The position numbers and the translations under genes are program-made. Below the pieces are notes generated by a model. That model ran no database searches, was not told where the DNA came from, and saw nothing but the letters and a program-made list of their open reading frames with translations. DNA of 64,000 bases from the NCBI GenBank assembly GCA_964482555.1, contig CAYZXY010000001.1, forward strand, positions 165,030-229,029. Reading direction: 5' to 3'. Position 1 is the stretch's first letter. Each line of letters starts with the position of its first letter. Positions 39,708 to 50,248 of this stretch are shown piece by piece. The stretch comes from an uncultured Pirellulales bacterium. GTDB taxonomy: Bacteria; Planctomycetota; Phycisphaerae; Sedimentisphaerales; SM23-30.

Positions 39708-41534
39708 ATGCCGGAAGTGAAAAGCACGGATAATAAAGGAGGAAAACTTTATCGGAAAGTCGATAGCTTCCTGCGACGACTGGGCTTTCGTGAAGATGCA
39801 CTCTTAATTATCCTGGCGGTGATGATCGGGATTCTGACCGGGCTGGGCTCGGTAGGGTTTACATGGCTGATCGACCTGGCACACGAACTTTGCTATGGCG
39901 AGTCCGGTTTTTATGGCGGACAGGGCTTTATGCTGATTGTACTGCCGGGAACCGGGGCCCTGCTGGTGGGAGTGATAACCTTTCTTTTCGCCCGGGAGGC
40001 CAAGGGCCACGGCGTGCCGGAAGTGATGGATGCCATCGCCCGCCGGGATGGACTGATCCGCAAACGGGTCGCTCTGGCGAAAGCGGTCGCTTCCGCGCTG
40101 ACGATCGGCTCGGGCGGCTCGGCCGGAACGGAAGGCCCTATTATCCAGATCGGCGCCGCCATCGGTTCAACCTCCGGCAGGGTCTTCCAGGTGGCCCGGC
40201 ACAACATGCCCGTAATCGTCGGCTGCGGCGCCGCGGCCGGTATTTCAGCGATTTTCCATGCTCCAATTGCGGGGGTATTGTTTGCTCTGGAGATTTTTCT
40301 GCGGGAGCTGAATTTTAAAACCTTCTCGCCCGTGATGATCGCTTCGGTGGTTAGTTCAGTGGTGGTTTACGGCATATTGGGCGCGAACGATGCCATCTTC
40401 CCCCTCCTGCAAGGGACGCAGTACAGTTTTCAGTGGTACGAGTCCGGTAATTATGTCATTCTGGGGATGTTGTGTGCTCTGGCGGCCGTTTTTTTCATAA
40501 AACTGCTGTATAAAACAGAAGATTTTTTCGACTGGCTGCCGGTCCATTACATCATCAAGCCGATTATCGGAGCGGTCGGGCTGGGGTTGATCGGACTGTT
40601 TATAGTGCATGTCGTCGGTGATACCAGCATACACGAACCCTCGGTCTTCGGAAACGGCTATCATTTGATCGGACGCTGCATCGGGGCGGTCAACGGGAAA
40701 TATGAACATCAGATGGAGTTGGGTATCGGCGTTTTGATTATTCTGTATTTTTTAAAGGCGGCCGCCACCTGCTGCACACTCGGCAGCGGCGGCTCCGGCG
40801 GCGTTTTCGCGCCATCGCTGTTTCTGGGTGCGGTTGTTGGATACAGTTTTGGGCTGGCCATGGAGAAATCGGGCGCCTTCCCCGGCATTCATCCCGAAAC
40901 CTACGCCTTGGTAGGCATGGCCTCCGTCGTCGCGGCCACAACCCATGCGCCAATGGCCGCCATTGTCATTCTGTTCGAAATGACTCGGGAGTACAAGGTC
41001 ATTCTGCCGGTCATGCTCTCGGCGACGGTCGCTTTAGTAATCGCTCAGTTCCTGTTTCGCGATTCCATCTATACTCTGAAGCTGCGGCGGCGGGGAATTC
41101 ATTTCGAGTCGCGGGCCGATACGGCGCTGCTGCGGCGACTGAACGTCAAAATGGTCATGAATCCGCAGACGAACCTGGTTTATGATGATACGCCGCTGCA
41201 GGAAGTTATCCAGAAAGCGATAGACCTGGAAAATCCCGACTTCATTGTGGTGGATCACACGAATAACTATGTCGGGCTGTTGACAGGATCGGATTTGCGG
41301 GCGGCGCTGCTGCAGCCGGAATCGGTGCCGTTTCTGCTGGCGGGCGAGCTGGCCCACACCAACGCACCGACCGTCGGGCCGGATGAGACGCTGGACAAAG
41401 TGCTGGATAAGTTCTCGCGGCTGGACATCCATACGATGGCCGTCCACAGCACCTTCAGCAACAATGAATATATCGGCATGATCACCCGCACCGCCCTCAT
41501 GCGCCGCTATCAGCAGGAACTGCAAAATAATTAA
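39708..41534 (+). CDS. ClC-family chloride channel/antiporter with CBS domains
   Basis: GHGVPE, GSAGTEGP, GGVFAPSLF; C-terminal tandem CBS domains. Confidence 0.95.
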   Translation: MPEVKSTDNKGGKLYRKVDSFLRRLGFREDALLIILAVMIGILTGLGSVGFTWLIDLAHELCYGESGFYGGQGFMLIVLPGTGALLVGVITFLFAREAKGHGVPEVMDAIARRDGLIRKRVALAKAVASALTIGSGGSAGTEGPIIQIGAAIGSTSGRVFQVARHNMPVIVGCGAAAGISAIFHAPIAGVLFALEIFLRELNFKTFSPVMIASVVSSVVVYGILGANDAIFPLLQGTQYSFQWYESGNYVILGMLCALAAVFFIKLLYKTEDFFDWLPVHYIIKPIIGAVGLGLIGLFIVHVVGDTSIHEPSVFGNGYHLIGRCIGAVNGKYEHQMELGIGVLIILYFLKAAATCCTLGSGGSGGVFAPSLFLGAVVGYSFGLAMEKSGAFPGIHPETYALVGMASVVAATTHAPMAAIVILFEMTREYKVILPVMLSATVALVIAQFLFRDSIYTLKLRRRGIHFESRADTALLRRLNVKMVMNPQTNLVYDDTPLQEVIQKAIDLENPDFIVVDHTNNYVGLLTGSDLRAALLQPESVPFLLAGELAHTNAPTVGPDETLDKVLDKFSRLDIHTMAVHSTFSNNEYIGMITRTALMRRYQQELQNN

Positions 41535-41581
41535 CGCCAATCACCTCCAACCCAGATAAACCGGAAATTCGAATTTTGAAG

Positions 41582-41686
41582 TATACTCGTTCCGATTAAA
41601 ATTTCCCGTTTCGCCTAAGTGTAACTATGTGCGGGCAAAGCCTTTAAACCCGGCCCTGGCGGGAGTTTTCTAACCCATTGGGTATA
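41582..41686 (+). mobile_element. 105-bp repeat family 1, copy K
   Basis: TATACTCGTTCCGATTAAAATTTCCCG...CCCATTGGGTATA. Confidence 0.88.
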
Positions 41687-41697
41687 ACTTCCAGCTT

Positions 41698-43473
41698 CTA
41701 TTCCGTCATTTTGATTTTTGATATTTGCATTTCTTTCTCCCGGCCATTAATCGTATCTTTAAATACGATCACACACTCAACGATCATCCATATCTCCAGC
41801 AAAAACACAATGATGCTGATACCCAGCAGCAGCCAGTTCGTCCCCGTGGGCCCCCGGGCGAAATCCCGCATATTCAGCAGCATCGCCCAGCCGGTCATCA
41901 CAATCATAAAAACCATCGGAATGACGGTCAGAATGTAATTGATGCCGCGTTTGGCCAGGTAAATCGTAACCACCATCAGGGCCAATCCCGCCAGAAGCTG
42001 GTTCAAACACCCGAAAAGCGGCCAAAGAGTCATGGCGCCTTTGCCGTCGCTTTTAGAAAAGACCAGCAGCATCGCGGTCAAAACGGCAAACAACGTCGCC
42101 GCCTGACGGTTCATCAGCGGTCGGAATTTATAAGCCCCCGCCAGTTCCCCGACAACATAACGCTGAATCCGCGTCGCGCTGTCGATCGTCGTGCCGGCAA
42201 AAGAGACGATAAAAACCGCCATAATCGCCACCGCAATGGTGCTCGGAATGCCATAGCTGCCCAGCAGGTTGGCCGAACCTTCCACAAACGCCCCCAGTTT
42301 GGCCGATAAACCCGATGCCGCCGCCCAACTGGCGTAATGATGAGTAAACGCCGCCTGGCCGGTCAGAATCCCCACGTCCGTTTTCAACCCCATTCCCAGG
42401 CCGCCGGCCACTGCGACAATCACCAGTGTCGCCAGCGACGCTTCCCAGAGCATACTGCCGTAGCCGATGAACAGAGCGTCTTTTTCATTGTCGCATTGCT
42501 TGGAAGATGTGCCCGAAGAAACCAGCGAATGGAAACCGCTGATCGCCCCGCAGGCGATAACGACGAAAATAAACGGCCAGACCGGCGGCGCGCCGTTCGC
42601 CCGCAGATTCAACGCCGGCGCAACAAGCGGCGGATGAGCCACGATCGCACCCAGGGCCAGCAGCCCCATCGCGATCACCAGTTGATGCGAATTGATGAAA
42701 TCACGCGGCTGCAGCAGACGATGCACCGGCAGCGAAGAGGCCAGCCAGGAATTGAAAATCAACACCATGACAATCCAGAAAATAATGGCCGCCTGCGACG
42801 TGTTATCAACAAATAAACCGACTTTTGCAAAAAATTGTGCCATATCCACCGGATAACGCGCCCCGAGCAGAACCATCGCATACAAAACCAGCACCGCGAG
42901 GATACTGGCCAGCAACGCCCCCCCGCCCCGCGAATAAACCCACCAGCCCAGCACCATCGCTATCGGAATCTCCAGCCAGACAGGAATCACCGCCGAAGGA
43001 TACATGTTAAATAGAATGGCGACAATTAGCGCGAAAACCGCGATGACGATCAGCAGCAGGAAAAAGATAATCAACAAAAACAACGTCCGCACCCGCGGAT
43101 TGATGATGTCGGCACAGACATCGCCGATGGATCGCCCCTGGTGACGCAGTGACACCACAATCGACCCCAAATCATGCACCGCCCCCATGAAAATGCTCCC
43201 GAAAAACACCCAGATCACCGCCGGCACCCAGCCCCAGATAATCCCGATCGCCGGGCCGACAATCGGGCCCAGCCCGGCAATACTCGTAAAATGATGCCCA
43301 AAAAGTATATGCTTGTTCGTGGGCACGTAATCGTAATTATCCTGTAGCGAATGGCTGGGACAGATGTTGGTGGGGTCGATCTGAAAAATCTTCCGGGCCA
43401 GAAACCGCCCATACAATTGATATGCCAGCAGATAACCTGCCACCATCATCAAAGCCAGGACCAGCGAATTCAT
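41698..43473 (-). CDS. cstA: Carbon starvation protein A family transporter
   Basis: DYVPTNKHILFGHHFTSIAGLGPIVGP, ACGAISGFHSL, WPLFGCLNQLLA; GAGGAG RBS. Confidence 0.95.
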   Translation of the reverse strand: MNSLVLALMMVAGYLLAYQLYGRFLARKIFQIDPTNICPSHSLQDNYDYVPTNKHILFGHHFTSIAGLGPIVGPAIGIIWGWVPAVIWVFFGSIFMGAVHDLGSIVVSLRHQGRSIGDVCADIINPRVRTLFLLIIFFLLLIVIAVFALIVAILFNMYPSAVIPVWLEIPIAMVLGWWVYSRGGGALLASILAVLVLYAMVLLGARYPVDMAQFFAKVGLFVDNTSQAAIIFWIVMVLIFNSWLASSLPVHRLLQPRDFINSHQLVIAMGLLALGAIVAHPPLVAPALNLRANGAPPVWPFIFVVIACGAISGFHSLVSSGTSSKQCDNEKDALFIGYGSMLWEASLATLVIVAVAGGLGMGLKTDVGILTGQAAFTHHYASWAAASGLSAKLGAFVEGSANLLGSYGIPSTIAVAIMAVFIVSFAGTTIDSATRIQRYVVGELAGAYKFRPLMNRQAATLFAVLTAMLLVFSKSDGKGAMTLWPLFGCLNQLLAGLALMVVTIYLAKRGINYILTVIPMVFMIVMTGWAMLLNMRDFARGPTGTNWLLLGISIIVFLLEIWMIVECVIVFKDTINGREKEMQISKIKMTE

Positions 43474-43620
43474 GGCAGCTCCTCTCGAATAGATTTGAGT
43501 CAAAAATCTCAACAATTGAATGACTTATTATATTGAAACACAGGATTTTATTCAAATATCAAAAATACGGTCAATAACGATGGCCCTTGATAAAACTAAT
43601 ATACCATCTAATATATACTT

Positions 43621-45021
43621 ATGAGCAATCTCGTTATAATTATCAATCCGCCGATATACGATTTCGCCGCGTATGATTTATTCATTAAACCTATGGGTTT
43701 ATTGTACTTAGCCGCTTTTCTCCGTCGCGCTGGCTATGAGGTTCGCTTCATCGACGCCCTCGACCGGCATCATCCCGCCATGGTCCGACGCTTCGGCCCG
43801 CCCATAATTAAACCCAACGGAACCGGAAAATATCACGCCGAAACGATAGAAAAACCCTCCTGTCTTCGGCATGTCCCGCGATTTTACCGTCGTTTCGGTA
43901 TGCCCGAGGAGGTCATCCGGGAATGTCTCGAAAAAGCGGCCGGCGATCAATCGCCCGCTGCCGTTTTACTCGGCAGCATGATGACCTACTGGTACCCCGG
44001 TGTTGTCCATACGATTTCCCTGGTTCGAGAGATTTTCCCCCATGTGCCGGTCGGACTGAGCGGTGTTTATACCCGGTTGATGCCGGAACACGCCCGGCGG
44101 GTATGCCGGCCTGATATGATCTTTATCGACGGCAGGTTTATCACGGCCTTACGCTGGCTGGATATTCTCGTCGGTCGTGAACGCGACTACTCACGGCTTA
44201 ATGACGATTTTCCTTCCTGGCCGCTGCCGGCGTATGACCTCTACGACAAGCTTGACTACCTGACGCTGGTCACCAGTCTCGGTTGTCCCTACCATTGTCA
44301 ATATTGTGCCAGTCGCGACTTGCAGCCGCATCTGGAACAACTCACCCCAATGGCGTTTATCGACCAGTTTCAAACCTTACTGCCGCTGCTGGAGAAACAT
44401 TTGCGCGACCGCACTGATGCCCCCCGGCATATCGCCTTCATAGACGACGCCCTGCTGGCCAACGTCGACCGCCATATCACCCCCATCCTTGAACAGATTT
44501 CCCGATTCGCAAAGCCTTTCCATTTTTATACGCCTAATGGGCTGCATTGCCGGTTTGTAACCCGGCAGGTGGCGAAGCTGATGTTTAATGTCGGTTTTAA
44601 AATGATCCGTCTGAGCTACGAAGCTTCTGATGAATCCGGCCGCTGGCAGCAGGCGTCCGACAACAAAGTCCATGACCGCGAGTTCCATCGGGCCGTTAAA
44701 AATCTCATTGCAGCCGGATTTCCTCCCAGGCAGTTGGAAGTCTACATCCTGACCGGCCTGCCAGGCCAGACCATGAGGGAAATTGAAGATTCAGCCGCCG
44801 CCGTACACCGCGCGGGACTGAAAATTCGCCTGTGCCAGTACACACCCATCCCCGGCACGCCGTTGTTCAACCTGTCATGCTCCCGGTACGGCATCGACCC
44901 CGACGAGCCTCTCATGCATAACAACTCTATCCTGCCCGTTCTTGTCAAAGACAACGCCTGCCAGGCCTTTCAGGATTTCAAAAACCGCGTTAACCTCATG
45001 AACCAGAAAATATCCCAATAA
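43621..45021 (+). CDS. Radical SAM protein with an N-terminal B12-binding-like domain
   Basis: PMGLLYLAAFL..GYEV..ID N-terminal domain; GCPYHCQYC (CxxxCxxC). Confidence 0.88.
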   Translation: MSNLVIIINPPIYDFAAYDLFIKPMGLLYLAAFLRRAGYEVRFIDALDRHHPAMVRRFGPPIIKPNGTGKYHAETIEKPSCLRHVPRFYRRFGMPEEVIRECLEKAAGDQSPAAVLLGSMMTYWYPGVVHTISLVREIFPHVPVGLSGVYTRLMPEHARRVCRPDMIFIDGRFITALRWLDILVGRERDYSRLNDDFPSWPLPAYDLYDKLDYLTLVTSLGCPYHCQYCASRDLQPHLEQLTPMAFIDQFQTLLPLLEKHLRDRTDAPRHIAFIDDALLANVDRHITPILEQISRFAKPFHFYTPNGLHCRFVTRQVAKLMFNVGFKMIRLSYEASDESGRWQQASDNKVHDREFHRAVKNLIAAGFPPRQLEVYILTGLPGQTMREIEDSAAAVHRAGLKIRLCQYTPIPGTPLFNLSCSRYGIDPDEPLMHNNSILPVLVKDNACQAFQDFKNRVNLMNQKISQ

Positions 45022-45050
45022 CCCCCGAAACTTGAATCCTCACAAACTAT

Positions 45051-45222
45051 TATACTCGTTCCGAGGGAAATGGTCCGTTTTATTTTGAGGCGAAAGCGAA
45101 GTTTTTTTCGTCTGACAAGAAATGCAAAACCGGGCATATGGGTGAATATTCACGGTTTTTCATGACGAAGGCCAGAGGGAAAAAGATCGCTTGCAGCCCA
45201 AAATGAATTTTTAGAGGTGCCC
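45051..45222 (+). mobile_element. Chimeric element: family-1 left end fused to family-2 body and right end
   Basis: TATACTCGTTCCGAGGGAAATGGTCCGTTTT then TTTTGAGGCGAAAGCG...TTAGAGGTGCCC. Confidence 0.8.
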
Positions 45223-45254
45223 TTTAATGAAAACTGACCGCAGGCAGGTTTGAG

Positions 45255-46742
45255 TTAATGATACACTTTGCGACGGCGCGCAGGAGGGATATCCATCAGA
45301 TTGCGGTATTTGGCAACGGTCCGGCGGGCGAGCGTCAGGCCGCGTTTGTCGAGTTCGGCGACGAGCTCGTCATCGTTGAAGGGCTTGTGCTTGTTTTCGT
45401 TGTCGATGATTTCCTGCAGCTTGGCCTTGACCGCGTCCCAGCTGACACTTTCGCCGTTGGCGGTCTCGGTACCGCCGCTGAAAAAATAACGCAGTGGGTA
45501 TATGCCGATCGGGGTTTGCAGATATTTCCCCGAAACCGCACGCGAGACCGTCCCGACATGAATCCCTAACTCCTCCGCCACATCCACCATCGGCAGCGGC
45601 TTGAGGTACATCGGACCATTATCGAAAAACTCACGCTGGCTCCGAAGCACATGATTGACCACACGCAGCAGCGTCGCCTTACGCTGTTCGACAGATTCGA
45701 TGAGCCATTTCGCCGACCGAACGCTGTTCTGCAGGAATTCCTTTGTATCGCCGACGACCTTTTTATCCTTGAGCATTTTGCCGTACATGGCGTTGATCCG
45801 CAACATGGGGTTGCTGCCGTCGCTGAGCCGGGCGGTATAAATGTCATCATCCTCATCATACTCGACGATTACATCGGGTACGATATAGGTTGCGTTATGC
45901 GAACCGACCTGCATGCCCGGACGCGGGTCCAGCCGCGATATCTTCTTGATCCCGTCCTGAATCTCGGCGATAGACCGGCCGGTCTTCTTGGCGATCTGGG
46001 GGAAGCGATTCATTTCAATGTCTTTGAGATGATTGCGGACCAGTTCAATCTCCAGCTCCACTCCCTCGCCAGCGGCTTCCAGCTGAATCAGCAGACATTC
46101 CGCCAGGTTCCGCGCCCCCACCCCGACAGGTTCAAGCGTCTGGATCATGCGCAATGCCGCTTCCATCTCCATCAGCGACACCGGCTGCTGAAACTTCTCG
46201 CAAAGCGACGCCAGCTCAATATGCAGATAACCCGTTTCTTCTATATATTCGATGATCTTCGCCCCGACCGCCTTGATTTTCGGTTCCGCTTCGATAAATG
46301 CCCACTGATCCATCAGGTACTCATTCAAAGACTGATCCGGAGCGGCGGTATTTTGCATCGCTTCCAGCTTACCATCACGCTCACCGGATGTACTGCGCGA
46401 CGGCACATAAGACGAACGGCTCCAGTAATCTTCATAATCGTCGCCGATATTCTCCATCCGGCGGAAATCTTCCTTTCTGCTCATGTCGTCCCGAATGAGC
46501 AGGCTCTGCTCATCGTCATTTATCTCAATGACCTTCTCCCCATTCCCCTCAGAACCGCTTTGCTCCGGACCTTCGTAGCTTTGCTCTTCCATCTCGAGCA
46601 CCGGATTCGAAAGCATTTCCTGTTCGATGCGTTCCTGCAGAGCCATGATCGGCAGCTGCAGAATCTCCATCGATTGAATCATACGCGGAGCCAGCGCCAT
46701 CCGCTGGTCCATCTTCATTTGTTGTGATACATCTAATCGCAT
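45255..46742 (-). CDS. rpoN: RNA polymerase sigma-54 factor
   Basis: QSMEILQLP, LEPVGVGARNLAECLLIQL, HVGTVSRAV, ARRTVAKYR RpoN box. Confidence 0.98.
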   Translation of the reverse strand: MRLDVSQQMKMDQRMALAPRMIQSMEILQLPIMALQERIEQEMLSNPVLEMEEQSYEGPEQSGSEGNGEKVIEINDDEQSLLIRDDMSRKEDFRRMENIGDDYEDYWSRSSYVPSRSTSGERDGKLEAMQNTAAPDQSLNEYLMDQWAFIEAEPKIKAVGAKIIEYIEETGYLHIELASLCEKFQQPVSLMEMEAALRMIQTLEPVGVGARNLAECLLIQLEAAGEGVELEIELVRNHLKDIEMNRFPQIAKKTGRSIAEIQDGIKKISRLDPRPGMQVGSHNATYIVPDVIVEYDEDDDIYTARLSDGSNPMLRINAMYGKMLKDKKVVGDTKEFLQNSVRSAKWLIESVEQRKATLLRVVNHVLRSQREFFDNGPMYLKPLPMVDVAEELGIHVGTVSRAVSGKYLQTPIGIYPLRYFFSGGTETANGESVSWDAVKAKLQEIIDNENKHKPFNDDELVAELDKRGLTLARRTVAKYRNLMDIPPARRRKVYH

Positions 46743-46755
46743 AATTTGATTAAGC

Positions 46756-46860
46756 TATACTCGTTCCGTTTGCAATGCCCCGTTTTGTCGGAACATAATT
46801 ATTTGCGGATAAAAAGCTTACTCCCGGCTTGGCCTGACGCTTTCTACCCAATCAGGTCTA
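46756..46860 (+). mobile_element. 105-bp repeat family 1, copy M
   Basis: TATACTCGTTCCGTTTGCAATGCCCCGTTTTGTCGGAAC...TACCCAATCAGGTCTA; starts 13 bp from the rpoN start codon. Confidence 0.88.
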
Positions 46861-47115
46861 TAAACTCTTTCTTCTCTTTTCTGCTAATATTATACAATAC
46901 ATATTCGTAAAAACCGGAACGTCGATTTAAATAAAATCCCGAATTCGGGAACCAGAAAATCGCTACAACTCCTAAAACTGTCGATATTATAACAAATCCT
47001 GCACGCCGACATCATTAATCTTGAATTAAATCTACATATAAAATCATTAACATTCCACCTTTTTTCCGCTGGCCTGGGCCGTATATCCCCTACACTTTCC
47101 CTGGTTTGACAGGTA

Positions 47116-47721
47116 TTACTTCATGGGCATACGCCCGCTGATCGCGTCGCTGAGTACGCTCTTGTTGGCATACTCAATACTGCCGCCGCTGGGCAGCCCC
47201 CGGGCCAGACGGGTCAGATTGACACCGATGTCCTGCAACAGCGAACTGATGTAGAGGGCCGTACCGTCACCGTCCATATTGGGATTGGTCGCCATGACCA
47301 CCTCTGTGATGCCGCCAGCCTGTACCCGTTTGAGCAAAGCGTCAATCGTCAGATCGTCCGGCGTAATCCCTTCCAACGGAGCGAGATGCCCTAGAAGAAC
47401 ATGGTATGTCCAGTTACAGCTCCCGGTCTGCTCCAGGCAGATGAGATCCTTGTGCTGCTCCACCACACAGACAACGCCCTGATCGCGTCTGGCATCGCGA
47501 CAAATCGTACATAACTCCTGCTCACTAAGATTATAGCATCGCCGACAGTATTGTATCTTGGTTTTTACGTCACGGATCGCCTCAGCCAGGGCCATGGCCT
47601 CATCGCCAGGCTGTTTGAGAACGAAATAAGCCAGCCGTTCCGCCGAGCGCCGTCCAATACCCGGCAGCCGCTCAAACTGCTTCATCAGCCGTTCCACACT
47701 TTCGGTGTGTGCGTTGCTCAT
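47116..47721 (-). CDS. recR: Recombination mediator RecR
   Basis: LPGIGRRSAERLA, CRRCYN..C.IC zinc finger, TOPRIM ATNPNMDG. Confidence 0.97.
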   Translation of the reverse strand: MSNAHTESVERLMKQFERLPGIGRRSAERLAYFVLKQPGDEAMALAEAIRDVKTKIQYCRRCYNLSEQELCTICRDARRDQGVVCVVEQHKDLICLEQTGSCNWTYHVLLGHLAPLEGITPDDLTIDALLKRVQAGGITEVVMATNPNMDGDGTALYISSLLQDIGVNLTRLARGLPSGGSIEYANKSVLSDAISGRMPMK

Positions 47722-48065
47722 TTCAGCCCCAGCATACCGCCCAGTTGGTCCATTCCGGGAATGTTCAGACCACCGGTCATCTGCGAAAGCTGGCTTTTCA
47801 TCTCTTCCTGACTCTTGATGGTCGCGGCGTTAATTGCCGCTATGATCAGGTCTTCCAGCATTTCCACATCCCGCGGATCGACCGCCTGCGGATCGATTTT
47901 CAGTTTCAGCAATTCCCCTTTGCCGTTGACGGTGGCGTGCACCATGCCGCCGCCGCTGGCAGCCTCAAACTCCTTCTTTCTGAGCTCTTCCTGCATCTTC
48001 TGCATGTTCGCCTGCATTTCCTGCACTTTGCCCATAATGTTACCTAGATCGCCTATGCCTGCCAT
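47718..48065 (-). CDS. ybaB: YbaB/EbfC nucleoid-associated protein
   Basis: ASGGGMVHATVNG, VDPRDVEMLEDLIIAAIN; overlaps recR. Confidence 0.95.
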   Translation of the reverse strand: MAGIGDLGNIMGKVQEMQANMQKMQEELRKKEFEAASGGGMVHATVNGKGELLKLKIDPQAVDPRDVEMLEDLIIAAINAATIKSQEEMKSQLSQMTGGLNIPGMDQLGGMLGLK

Positions 48066-48099
48066 ACTACCATCCTTATTTTAAACATTAAGTGTTATG

Positions 48100-48203
48100 T
48101 ATGCTCGTTCCGATGGAAAATACCCTTTTGTCGGAACGTAATTCTCTGCGGATAAAAAGCTTACGCCCGGCCCTGCCGGGAGCTTTTTAACCATTTGGGT
48201 ATA
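48100..48203 (+). mobile_element. 105-bp repeat family 1, copy N1
   Basis: Near-consensus copy; shares its terminal TA with N2. Confidence 0.92.
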
Positions 48204-48308
48204 TATTCGTTCCAATTGAAATGGCCTATTCTTTCAGAGCGAAATTATTTGCGGACAATACACATGCGCGATCAGCCCTCTCGGAAGCGTCCTGCCCGGT
48301 TGGGTATA
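48202..48308 (+). mobile_element. 105-bp repeat family 1, copy N2 (diverged, tandem)
   Basis: TATATTCGTTCCAATTGAAA...GCCCGGTTGGGTATA. Confidence 0.75.
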
Positions 48309-48394
48309 ATATGGTTTATCGTTGGCTCATCTATTTCAACAGCACGCCGAATCGGGAACGATTCAGACTTTTCCGACATTACCAACGCTTCGGC

Positions 48395-50209
48395 TTACCG
48401 TTGAGCGCCGCCTCCCCGCCGGTTCAGAAACTGACCAGTCGTGGGCTGATTCTGATCGCGTAATTCCTTGTTGATCTGATTGTATTGGCGCGACAGTTCA
48501 TCCGGCCAGGTGCTCTTCTCGACGCCCAACCGCATTACCTTGCCGGTATTATCCTTCAAAACCACATCATCGCAAACCACCGATTGCGAAACACTCGAAC
48601 GCATAACATAATGCATCGCGCCTTTAATAATATCCAGTACCGTTACCCCCGTCCGAAAATCAACTTCTATGGTCTCGGTCTGCGGCTGTGTCGAACCGGC
48701 GCCGCCAAAACCCGCATTGCCCCGGCCGCCCGGCCGAGCCTGCTTGACAACAAGTTTCTCCGTTTCCAGAGAACCGACCAGCGATCCCGGCGCCACTTTA
48801 TAAGAACGCTTGTGCCATTTGCCCAACTGCTTGCGATACACTTCCACTGTCACGCTGAGATCATCCGATTCACGTGCAGCCCGCGAAGCATAGGGGAAAT
48901 AGAACGTCCGTTCCGGCACCTTCACCACGTCCGCTATTTCCGCAAAATCAGACCAGAGTATATGCTGATTCTTCAAATGCTGCTGGTTTTTATTATACCA
49001 GTTTTTGCCGTACAGCGGATTGAAAAATCCCAGCCGGATACGATAAGTATAAATTGTGCCCGGTACGATCGTATCGTCAATCGCCCAGAACGTAAAATCA
49101 TCCGTTTTGAATTCTTCGGGCCGGGCCTGACCGCGGGTTCTGCCGCCGCCGGGCACACCGACATCGTCGCGACCACCAGGGGGCATCATCATCCCCTCTC
49201 CCATCATTCCCATGCCTTCTTCCATGCCCATCATCATATCAGTCGGGATTTCGCCCATATCTTGATTCTGTCGGTCGCGACCGCCGCGTCTGTTTCTTCT
49301 ATTAGTGTCGCCGGTCACCGTACCGCCCAGCGGGTCCTTCCATTCACCTTCGACCAGCTCGTACACTTCCGGCCGCAATTTCGCCATCTGCAACTGATAA
49401 TTCTGACTGATCGAAAGCGTATGCTCGAAAACCGCCTGAGACATCTTTTTGATATCTTCCGCGCTCAGCAGACTCTCGCGAATGTCATCCGTATTGATAT
49501 GGGTGCCGACGGATTGATACTCACTCCAGGTACCGTCAGCCAACAACTGCCGACGCTGCAGATCGACCATCGCCACCACCGGCTCGGCCGGCAGATTAGC
49601 GGTCGTGAGCGGCTTTTCAGGCTTTTGCACGAAATTCGTCTGAAACGCGTCGTATAGCTGGCCCATGGAGAACCTGGCCGATAGGGTCACGAAATCCATG
49701 TCCTTTTCATCGAAATCGGCCTGGTTCGCCGTCCTTGTCATGCCGCCGCCCTCATTGCCCGCTACGGTTTCTTGCGACTGGCTGGGAACCATGACAACAG
49801 CTGTGGTCAATTCCGCCTTGGGATCCTGTAATTCAGGGATCGTCGGGATTCGATACAACCGGTCTTCATCAACATCGTAATTTTCCAGATTAAACCGGGG
49901 ATATCCCGGCAGATCGAGTTCTTCCACTTTGGCAACCGCGAACAGTTCGGAGGGAAATTCAAATGCCGGTGCCGGCTTGCTGCCCGGCGATTTCAGTCGG
50001 TTAGCCGCCGATTCCGCCTGCTCGATGCCTTCATTGACGGCAACCGTCGGTTTGACTTTGCGGCTCTGGACCTTGACTCCCAGTGGATTCATAAAACTGA
50101 TAACAATGACAAAGACGAAAAACGCCGCTGCCAGCAGACAAATCAGCTTCTCGAAATGCGACTCTAATAAATTCATGGTTTGTTTTATTGCCATAACGAA
50201 TATCCTCAA
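48395..50209 (-). CDS. Membrane-anchored protein of the type IV pilus alignment operon
   Basis: N-terminal TM; Gly/Met-rich insert; third gene after pilM and the pilO-like gene. Function inferred from context only. Confidence 0.65.
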   Translation of the reverse strand: MRIFVMAIKQTMNLLESHFEKLICLLAAAFFVFVIVISFMNPLGVKVQSRKVKPTVAVNEGIEQAESAANRLKSPGSKPAPAFEFPSELFAVAKVEELDLPGYPRFNLENYDVDEDRLYRIPTIPELQDPKAELTTAVVMVPSQSQETVAGNEGGGMTRTANQADFDEKDMDFVTLSARFSMGQLYDAFQTNFVQKPEKPLTTANLPAEPVVAMVDLQRRQLLADGTWSEYQSVGTHINTDDIRESLLSAEDIKKMSQAVFEHTLSISQNYQLQMAKLRPEVYELVEGEWKDPLGGTVTGDTNRRNRRGGRDRQNQDMGEIPTDMMMGMEEGMGMMGEGMMMPPGGRDDVGVPGGGRTRGQARPEEFKTDDFTFWAIDDTIVPGTIYTYRIRLGFFNPLYGKNWYNKNQQHLKNQHILWSDFAEIADVVKVPERTFYFPYASRAARESDDLSVTVEVYRKQLGKWHKRSYKVAPGSLVGSLETEKLVVKQARPGGRGNAGFGGAGSTQPQTETIEVDFRTGVTVLDIIKGAMHYVMRSSVSQSVVCDDVVLKDNTGKVMRLGVEKSTWPDELSRQYNQINKELRDQNQPTTGQFLNRRGGGAQR

Positions 50210-50248
50210 TTAAACTTGGTGTTCGCTGCTTATGCTTACCGGACGGGA

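Noticed and set aside
45255-46742. Sigma-54 promoters (TGGCAC-N5-TTGC) in intergenic regions
   Set aside because: The GG/GC candidates I checked by eye (near 4490, 20880, 39590, 57455) have wrong spacing.
46937-46950. Perfect palindrome TCCCGAATTCGGGA upstream of rpoN
   Set aside because: Single occurrence with no supporting context; could be chance.
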